Both the position numbers and the translations under genes were made by a program. Below the pieces are notes generated by a model, which saw only the letters and a list, made by a program, of their open reading frames with translations, ran no database searches and was not told where the DNA came from. DNA of 63,324 nt, filler included, from Chrysochromulina tobinii (taxonomy: Eukaryota): the NCBI GenBank assembly GCA_001275005.1. It is 5 parts of 5 records of this genome, joined end to end, with 100 filler letters (N's around TTAATTAATTAA, not from the genome) between each part and the next. Parts side by side here need not be neighbours in the genome. Positions count along the whole stretch, not along the records: positions 46,214 to 59,176 come from JWZX01001045.1; positions 59,277 to 63,324 come from JWZX01001048.1; 3 more parts are not named here. One strand, given 5' to 3'. Of the stretch, positions 55,244 through 63,324 are shown piece by piece; within the stretch, counting starts at the first letter, position 1; every line of letters begins with the position of its first letter.

Positions 55244-58200
55244 TCAGAGCTCCAAGTGGGAGGGGGCGCCTCGCCAAGCGTTTCGGAGGGCGCGCTTGGC
55301 TTGCTCATCTAGTTTATTGTGGCAGAGGCTGCGCACACAGAGAGAGGGAAGGGGCATCATCAGGTGGCAAGGAGCAATGCGGAGCGTCAGATGGCAGGAT
55401 ATGCAAGGAAGGAGCAAAGAGCAGTGGTGAGCATCCGATGGCAGGATGCAAGGAAGGAGTCGTCCTTTTGAACCACATGCAGCATGCGGGAACGCAGAGC
55501 AGAGGCGCAGGGCTGCATCACACAAGAGCGGCAGCGGCAGAGCACTGCTTTGGACAAGAGCGACGGAGCACGCGACGTGCACAAGTGTTGGCACGTCGCC
55601 AGGGATTTTGGTCCAGGGTTTTTGGCCCCTCAAGTCCCTCAAGTTTGAGGCGAAACGTACCTCATTTTGGTCAGCCCGCCGTTGACGCCAAGCATGTCTG
55701 CCACATGCTTGGCGCCTGCTGCCCCTCGTCCAATGTTGCCGTAACCAGACAGATCGAGCTCCTTGAGCGTCTTGTTCTGTTTGAGAGCCTCGCAGATGGC
55801 CTTGGTGCCCTCCTCCTTCAAATCGTTCGACGCCAGGGACAGCTTCGTCAGCGCGCCTGTGACATCGGCCTGTAACAGGTCCGACGCCAGCAGGATCGCA
55901 TCGGGCGGCTTGAGGTTCTGGTTGGAGAAGTCAGCGGTGGTCTGGTCACGCTGGATGCCGCAGAGCGAGATGCCCTTCTGCTTGGCGACCTCAGCGAGCA
56001 TCTTGGCGGACTCTGCATCAAGCTGATTGCCCAGGAGGTTGGTCACCGTCAGCGCGCCTGTGACAACAGCCTGTGACAGGTCCGACGCCAGCAGGATCGC
56101 ATCGGGCGGCTTGAGGCCCTGGTTGCGGAAGTCAGCGGTGGTCTGGTCGCGCCGGATGCCGCAGAGCGAGATCCCCTTCTGCTTGGCGACCTCAGCGAGC
56201 ATCTTGGCGGACTTCTCATCAAGCTTATTGCCCAGGAGGTTGGTCACCGTCAGCGCGCCTGTGACGGCCACCATGGCCGCCACAGACTTTGCTCCCACTG
56301 GACCAATGCCGTTGTCCTCGAAGTTGAGCGACGCGAGCTTGGTCTCCTTGTTGCTCTTGATGGCCTCGCAGACTGCGTTTACGCCCTCATCCTTGAGGCT
56401 GTTGAACGACAAATTCAGGGCCGTCAGCCCGCCTGTGACGGCCACCATGGCGGCCACAGACTTTGCTCCCACTGGACCGATGCTGTTGGCGCGCATGTTG
56501 AGCGATGAGAGCTTGGTCTCCTTGTTGCTCTGGATGGCCTCGCAGACTGCGCTTACGCCCTCATCCATGAGGTCGTTGGACGACAAATCCAGGGCCGTCA
56601 GCCCGCCTGTGACGCTCGTGCGGAGCGCCTCGGCGATCAGCTTGACACCAGCAGAGCCGATGTTCTCGCAGGACGCGTCCATAGACATGATCTTGCTGTC
56701 CTTGTTGCCGCAGATGGCGGCAAAGATGGCGCCCCAGCCCCAGCCCCCGAGCTTGTTGCCCCTGAGATTGATGGACGTCAATGCGCCATTAGCCGCGTGG
56801 CCGCTTTGCAGCAACCCGCAGAGCCGCTCAAGGGCCACTGTGTTGGCGCCATTTGCGGACAGCCGCGTACTCGCGAACGAGAGCGACGTGACGCTCGGAC
56901 AGAGCGCCCAGCACGCAACCGCGAGGGTTTCGGGGCCCGCCTGGACGCCCTCCAGGTTGATGCTCAAGGGCACCTTCTTAGCAGCGGCATTCCACGCGAG
57001 GCAGCAGAGCCCGTCGGCCTGGACACGCGACAGCGTCCCTTGCACGCGCACCTCTGTGGCGGCGGGGGTGATCGCTGGGATCGAAGGCTCGGCTTGCTGG
57101 GATCGAAGACTGGCGATGGCGTTGGCAGTGCCGCCGCCGAACTCGGCGCTCGTCTTAGCGACGACGGCGCCGAAAGGATTGCTCGTGCCCACGCTAGCGC
57201 CCAGCCCGCCTGCCGCCGCCGCCACCGCCGAGGCTGCTGGCGCGCCTATGCTGAAGGTGGTCACCGCACCTGCCGAGGCCGGGGCGCCACAGTCGGGTGT
57301 GGCCGTTGCCCCTGCGCTGCCCCCGAAGCCGCCCACGGCAGGCACGGCGGCCGCACCGAAGCCGCCAAACCCGCCCGTGGTCGCACCGCCCACACCACCA
57401 AACGCAGATGGGGCGGGAGCAGACGCACTGCCGCCAACAATCGCAGCGGGCACTTCATTGAGGTTCAAGGTGGGTGCGGGCGCGGCACCAAAGGCGGGTG
57501 CGTGCGTGCTTGCGGGGCCAAAGGCGGGCGCGCCGAACGCTGGCGTCTGGACAGCAGGCGCGACAACAAGGGGCGTGGCACAGAAGATGGTTGCGGGCGC
57601 AGGAGCGGCGCCAAAGGCTGGGACGGGCGCCTGGGCGCCTCCGAAAAATGCGTCGGCGGGCGCGGCGCTGAGGCCACCGACGCCACTCGCTGGCGAACGA
57701 GCGGGTAAGGGGGCGGCGGCTGGTGCTGTCGTGGAAGTGCTGGCGCCAATCGCAGGGGCGACGCCGAAGGCGAGCGCTTCCGGAGCAGCGGCGCCAAAGG
57801 CAGGTGCGGTTGCCGGCCCCGGCACTCCAAAGCTGAAGCTGCCGGCGGCAGCCGGCGCCGCCTGTGCATCGCGGAATGGCGAGGCAGCGGGAGGGCCCGC
57901 GTCTGCGCCAAAGGAGAAGCTGCCCACGGCGGGTGGTGGTGCGGCGGCGGCAAAGGCGGCGGCGTCGGGCAGAGTGGCAGCGGGCGCAGCAGGGGCCGTG
58001 CTCACCACACCGAAGGCGAACAGGTTGCCACACGAGGCGGTCGAAGCGGGCGCGCTCGCATCGGAGCCGACGCTCGGAGCTGGAGGCTCGGAAGCACTGT
58101 CCGCCGGTGGGTCGTTCTCGTCTATGTCCACGAGGTCGACCTCTCCAGGTTCAACTCCACTCTTCGTGGCAGAAGATGGCTCATCCTCGGGAATCCCTGT

Positions 58201-59176
58201 CGCGGCTGCCTGCGCGGTGCCCTTGGCGGACTGGGTCTTGTCGGGGAGCGTCGACGCGACTGTTTTGATGCCGAGTGATGTCATCGATGCTGGAGCTGTG
58301 GAAGTGGCGATCGTGGAGGTGGCAGCGGCGGGGGGGGGCGCGGCGGCGGGGGCCGCGGCGGCCGGTGCAGACACTGGAGGAGCCGCGGCTGGCGCAGGCA
58401 CCGGTGAGACCGCGGCCAGCGCGGGCAATATGATGGTGGGCTCCGATAAGGTGGGCGTCGAGGCTGCTGCTGACGCTGGCGCCACGCCAAAGGAAGAAAA
58501 GAAACCGCCGCCGAACGAGAAGTCGGGCGCCGATGCTGTTGGCGCTGGCGCTGCAGTAGAGGGGCTGCCGAACGAAAAGGCCGCCGCCGAGGCTGTTGAT
58601 GACGCTGGCGCCGCGCCAAAGGGAGCTGACACTGCAATAGAGGGGCTGCCGAACGATAGGCCTGCCGAGGCTGCTGCTGACGCTGGCGCCGCGCCAAAGG
58701 GAGAAGAGAAACCGCCGCCGAACGAGAAGGCGGGCGCCGATGCTGCTGGCGCTGGCGCTGCAGTAGAGGGGCTGCCGAACGATAGGCCTGCCGAGGCTGC
58801 TGATGACGCTGGCGCCGCGCCAAAGGGAGAAGAGGATCCGCTGAACGAGGAGGCGGGACTCAATGCTGCTGATCTTGCTTGCAATCGAGAGGCGCGGCGG
58901 GCTGGCTTGGGCGCAACAGATCCTGCAACGGCAAAGGATACCCCTTTCGTCATGGCCATAAGGGCTTCCATCTCTGCCTTTTTTGCTTTCGCCCTGGCTG
59001 CCTCGGCCTGAGCCTCGACTACTGCCGTGGCGATGGCGGAGCGGACGAGGCGAGTCGCATCCGAACCACGAGCCGCCTGCGCCCTGGTGGCTTCGACCTC
59101 AAGGCGAGTGACATCCGGCAGCATCGCCTCAGCCTCCGTGCCAAGCCCCCGCGCTACGAGCGCCTTCAGCCCCTCG
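55244..59176 (-). CDS. FG-repeat-like region fused to RNI-like (RanGAP/NLRC3-type) leucine-rich repeats; 5'-truncated; intron 55660-55329
   Basis: FSFG/LSFG/PAFG repeats then LTALDLSSNDL..EG and LTKLSLASNDL LRRs with duplicated 58-aa and 66-aa units; terminal exon SLCHNKLDEQAKRAL...LEL*; frame open to the contig end. Confidence 0.88.
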
Positions 59177-59276
59177 NNNNNNNNNNNNNNNNNNNNNNNN
59201 NNNNNNNNNNNNNNNNNNNNTTAATTAATTAANNNNNNNNNNNNNNNNNNNNNNNNNNNNNNNNNNNNNNNNNNNN
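59177..59276. other. Artificial contig-joining spacer
   Basis: N44-TTAATTAATTAA-N44. Confidence 0.99.
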
Positions 59277-59367
59277 ATACATGCACGATACATGCGCGAT
59301 ACATGGGATACGTATCCTGATAACAAACCCCCCCAAACTCGATAACAAACCCCACGTCACCCCCCTG
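59277..59367 (-). mobile_element. Second copy of the CAGGGG-starting element terminus
   Basis: Reverse complement reads CAGGGGGGTGACGTGGGGTTTGTTATCGAGTTTGGGGGGGTTTGTTATCAGGATACGTATCCCATGTATC, matching 46023-46113. Confidence 0.75.
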
Positions 59368-59750
59368 AGAAGAGCGAGGCCGCCGTACTGGGCCTGCTGG
59401 GGATCTCGTCGGCAGGGGCAGCCATGGCGTCGTCGAACGAGTCGTGCTCGAGGGGATCCGGAACGACCACTTGCAAGGCCCCGGGTGCGCGCAAGTAGGT
59501 GCGGCCAAGGCGGACCGCCGCGGCATGCTGGCGCCCGTGCGCCATCATGATTCCTTACGAGCCCGCGTCTTTTCCGACTTTGCTTCACCAACTAGAGTTC
59601 ACCAGGATTGCGTTTCGGTGCACAAGGTGAATGCATGCGCAGCCAATCAGAGGTGGACTCAAGCCAGCCGTTCACAGGTCAAGAGATCTGAGAATGGAAC
59701 TCCACACTCGATCGAACCGGCACACTTCCTAGTGCGCGATAAACGTAAAG

Positions 59751-60821
59751 ATGGCAGTGGCGCGGGACGACCTGTTCGACCTTCCTCCTGGCGTGGATCT
59801 CACGCCGCCCGTCGTTCGCTGCTGGCCCGACATCGATACGATCATTACCGACGGCGAGCGGCGCGGCGAGCATAACATTTGCATCTTGTGGGCGCGTGGC
59901 TCGTGCCCAGCCGGCATCCAGTGTGGCGCTTGCCACAGGTTACCGTCGCACGCGGACGAGATTCGGCTCTTGCACAGCGCCGATGGCTTGACCAAGGATA
60001 TTTTCGGCCGCGCTCGTGGCGAGCGCAGCGAGCGCAGCGTTGTGGACGCGTTGCAGTGCCAGACTGTGTGCGTCACAGGCCTGCCCGTGACCAGCAGCCA
60101 GCACGAGCGGCGGCAGTTGCTCGACGCGCTCGGCAGCGAGTGGGGCGCCGTCGTGCGCACGTGGGTGGATGCCGACCCCCGGGTGGGCTATGTCCGCTTC
60201 AAGTGGCGTAGCTCGGCCCAGCTCTTCGTCGAGGCCATGCACGGCAAGCCGGCGCGCCCGGACGAGCCCGACGCGCCTCTCGAGCTCGCATGGTGCTTCC
60301 ACGACCCGGCGGCTATACAGGCGACGCAGGGGCGCGATCTGGCGCTTGCCGCCGCCGCCGAGGCGCGCGCGCGCCGTGAGTCCGTCTTCGACCTCTACAC
60401 GCGACTCGAGGCAGAACGAAGCTGCGCACCGCCGCCTGCGGCGGGCGACACGATGTCCTCAGCGGCGCACGCGGCGCACAAACAGGGCAAGCGGCGGCGC
60501 GGAGATTATGAGCCGGCGGAGATGATGAGCCCAGCGGAGGGGCTATCAGCTGCGACAGTATGGGCAGATGCGCCCGAGGAGCGTATCTCAGACGTAACGG
60601 CCTCCTACCCAGGCGCAGATTGGGGAGTCGTGGGAGATGCAGGGGGGCCAACGGCGGCTGACGAGGCTGCGGCGGAGGCAAAATCGGCAGGCAGCGGCGA
60701 GGCGCCGCTGCCGGACGGGTGGATCCAGGGCATCGACCCCGCGAGCGGGTACACGTACTATTACAACGGGGACACCGGCGGCAGTCAGTGGCAACGACCA
60801 GGCATCGAGTCGTCGACGTGA
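59751..60821 (+). CDS. CWC2: Cwc2/RBM22-like splicing factor (CCCH zinc finger + RRM) with C-terminal WW domain
   Basis: ICILWARGSCPAGIQCGACHRLP, DIFGR, GYVRFKWRSSAQLFVEAM and LAWCFHDP; WW motif LPDGW...GYTYYYN...SQWQRP. Confidence 0.75.
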   Translation: MAVARDDLFDLPPGVDLTPPVVRCWPDIDTIITDGERRGEHNICILWARGSCPAGIQCGACHRLPSHADEIRLLHSADGLTKDIFGRARGERSERSVVDALQCQTVCVTGLPVTSSQHERRQLLDALGSEWGAVVRTWVDADPRVGYVRFKWRSSAQLFVEAMHGKPARPDEPDAPLELAWCFHDPAAIQATQGRDLALAAAAEARARRESVFDLYTRLEAERSCAPPPAAGDTMSSAAHAAHKQGKRRRGDYEPAEMMSPAEGLSAATVWADAPEERISDVTASYPGADWGVVGDAGGPTAADEAAAEAKSAGSGEAPLPDGWIQGIDPASGYTYYYNGDTGGSQWQRPGIESST

Positions 60822-60966
60822 GTCGTGTGCGGTCGGTGTGTGAAGACGGTAGACTTTACAGCTGTATTCCCAATAACTAAACCAACTTTAAAGCTGGGCA
60901 TTCGCTCTTGCTCACATGTGTGAATGTGAATGACAGTATCTCGAAGCTCTACAAATGGAAGTCACA

Positions 60967-62405
60967 CTAATGGTCCTTGTCCTTCTCAACCTTGAGCTTC
61001 TTGACGAACCCCTTCTTGCCGCCACGCTTCTCCAACTTCGCATACGCCATGCGAATCCGCAGGAGGAAAACGAGCGCCACGGCCAGCAGCAGCATCCCAA
61101 CATACCCCTTGGAGAGCGGAGTGCTATGTTTGAGGGCCTTCTGGAGCTGCTGGCCCTTGGCACTCGCCCGCCACTTGGCAGCCCTGTCGCTGCCGAGGTC
61201 CGCGGCGAGATTGAGCATCCGCTCGGCACGTACAGGGTCGGGGCGCAGGGCGGGCGAGATCCCATCCAGGTAGAGGTTCGCGAGCTGCATGGCCGCATTC
61301 GAATGGTTCTGCTCGAGTGCCGCCCGCTCGAGCATGCTGATGGCGGTCGCAATCTCCTCCTTGGCATGCGCTGTGGACGCGTCTTGGGCTCTCTCCGGCT
61401 TGAGGTACCTGCCATCCCGAGGGCACCGATTCATCAATGGTCAACAAGGATCATCAAGGATCATCAATGGCCATCAAGGGTCATCAAAGGTCATCAAAGG
61501 TCATCAAAGGTCATCAAAGGTCATCAAGGGTACCGAGTCGTGATGGTGACCGCCCACGCGTAGAGACCTTCAGCGACTCCCTTGGAAGCACTCTGGATGA
61601 GCATCTCTTCGGACGCGCGGCTGTCCACCCCATTCACGCATTGCGCGCGGTCCTCGTGGTACCAAACGATCAGTGAGAGACGCTCGCACTCCTCTGCACG
61701 TGCTCCACTCAATCGACGGTCGGCACATGCCAGGTAGACGCCGTGCAGCAGCTCGTGCCCGTGCGCAAAGGCGTCGCCCGCGGCAAGCGCAGGGAAGCTG
61801 CGGTTGGCCTCGGTGCCCTCCATGATGTACAGGCCGCCCGCCGCGCCGACTGGCCTCGCCGGCTGTAGCTCGAGCACCAGGGTCACTTTCGACTCGGCGT
61901 CGCGGTGTGCGAAGATTTGCTTGCGCTCCTTTGGACGGTAGCGGCGCACGAGGCTGGTGCACGGGACGCACGTGGCGCACGCAAACTTTTGGCGCACAAA
62001 GGGCGTCACGCAGCTCGCCAGCAACTCGCTCAGCTTCATCCAGATATGATTCTTCCACGGCGCGTCCTCGATGACAGCACCATGGGTGTAGATATAAGAA
62101 GCGAACTCGGGTTGCATGTCGGTAGAGCCCGGGTGCGTTGAAAAGGTCGCGTGCTCGCGGAGATAGGTCACTATCTCTGCGGTGTCCTCGGCGCTGAACA
62201 GCGAGAGTAGCCAATACACCGCCGATGGTATGCCCGGCTCGAGCTCGTTGGGAAGCGTCGCGTGCTGCCACTGCGTGCGCTCGGGACAGCCGGCCATATC
62301 GATGGCCGCCTTGGCGCGTCGTTCGACCTCTAATGCGTCAAAATCGGCGGTCACATCGGCTCGCGCCATGGACATCCAGAGTGAGAGCAACACGACGCGT
62401 CGCAT
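60967..62405 (-). CDS. ER-membrane 2OG-Fe(II) oxygenase + Sel1-like repeats; join(62405..61534,61408..60967)
   Basis: Signal peptide; VRRY...HRD, GGLY, LLHGV...RLSLI; AAMQLANLYLDG...LAADLG Sel1-like; C-terminal TM helix and KxKxx (KDKDH) tail. Confidence 0.85.
61409..61533 (-). other. Intron (125 nt) made of TGATGACCTT-type 10-nt tandem repeats
   Basis: GTACCC...TGGCAG; GGTACC at both junctions; removal joins the two ORFs in frame. Confidence 0.9.
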
Positions 62406-62440
62406 TCGCGATCCGAAAACCCTGAGCTGGGTCTACAGCT

Positions 62441-62470
62441 CAAGTCAAGTCAAGTCAAGTCAAGTCAAGT
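62441..62470. repeat. (CAAGT)6 / (ACTTG)6 microsatellite
   Basis: Six perfect pentamer units. Confidence 0.95.
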
Positions 62471-63324
62471 GATTCAAAATGGCGGTCGCCTTTCCGCCGC
62501 CTTTGGTGCCCATCGCTGGCGCGAGCGATCGGGAGGGCAGATCTCGACGCAACCGGCACCACTGGATAGCCCCGAGTCGGGGCATCATCCCCATCTTCTT
62601 GATCTTGATCATCGCGGCGCCCCAGGGCTTCAACATCGTGCCTTTTTCAGGAAGTCTACAGTACGGCAATGCAACACGGCTCCAGGCCGACGATGGGAGC
62701 GATCGGGGGCATGCGCGATGGCTGTTCCGACGGGCCAAGGTGTCGGTAGGGCCTGGCGACCGCCGGCGCCGCGCGTCGAGCACGCGCGGCCTTTCTTCGA
62801 CGAGTTTTTGGCGTTTTGGGCCTGACAAGGGCACGTCAATCGATTTTGGCCAGGCAACAAGGGCGGCTGGCGCGGGAGCGGCAAGAGTGGTCGAGGGCGT
62901 TTCCGCGGTGCGCGCCACACACCCCGTCCTCTATCTCACGCGCACGCGCGCGCGTTCGCGACATACAGGTGTGGCGTCGATGGCGGCGCGAGAGGCAGCA
63001 GCGGCAACGGCAGGCTCTGGCAACGGCTCTGTCGAGCACTGGCGGCGGTCGTAGCGAGCGGGAGTCAAGCTGAGCGGCGTGAGAGGAAGGGTTCCGATTT
63101 CTGTGTCGGCAACGACTGCGGGAAGGGCCCTCTCGCTCGCGTCGGTCATCTCGGCGAGCGCGACGCGGCACCGACCGGCCTCGAGTTCCTCGGTCGAGGC
63201 GCCTACGTCCCCCTCTTTCTCTCTCCCAATCCCCACTTTATGCTTGACGCCACGGTCGATCTCGAGCCGATTTCCTCTTCGGCGTAAGAGTGGCGCTCAT
63301 CGGCTCGAGATCGGCCCGTTACTT

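Noticed and set aside
56027..59011. 994-aa plus-strand ORF
   Set aside because: Antisense shadow of the FG/LRR gene; stop-poor because of high GC
62431..62661. GTCTACAG at 62431 and 62654 as a TSD for the ACTTG-tailed segment
   Set aside because: Only 8 nt and not flush with the tail; could be chance
62479..63054. 191-aa plus-strand ORF and minus-strand ORFs to the window end
   Set aside because: No recognisable domain or coherent gene model; may be repeat-derived

Overview
GC-rich, gene-dense eukaryotic nuclear DNA from an alga with a secondary red plastid, most likely a haptophyte (Chrysochromulina/Prymnesiales-like; inferred from FCP-type antenna genes, bipartite targeting peptides and gene-family style). 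The window is five contigs joined by artificial 100-nt spacers (N44-TTAATTAATTAA-N44): 1-23176, 23277-40787, 40888-46113, 46214-59176 and 59277-63324. Recognisable genes include RPS15, histone H3 with a 3' stem-loop, a P5A ATPase, ALG10, Tic110-like, an eIF2-alpha kinase, GT61, two 2OG-Fe(II) oxygenases, two LHC/FCP genes, UVRAG, polyubiquitin, TTI2, an ERK7-like MAPK lacking TxY, TBCCD1, an SPX protein, a Pmp-like surface protein beside a non-RD receptor kinase, a giant PX-gelsolin-glutaredoxin-PH-PH protein, an FG-repeat/LRR fusion and a Cwc2-like splicing factor. The most striking signal is a set of nine apparently young spliceosomal introns, eight in one gene. Each carries a shared inserted cassette (10-nt tandem repeats or a GCATGCAAGTGCTCACCAC...ACAG module), and most also duplicate 15-30 nt of the adjacent exon at a GT-starting site, which suggests an intron-generating process with variable-length target duplication. 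Other highlights: a ~370-nt hairpin-dense insertion with UNCG loops, AT-rich CDR-like loops in the surface protein, a TSD-flanked microsatellite-tailed insertion, and a shared transposon terminus at two contig ends.
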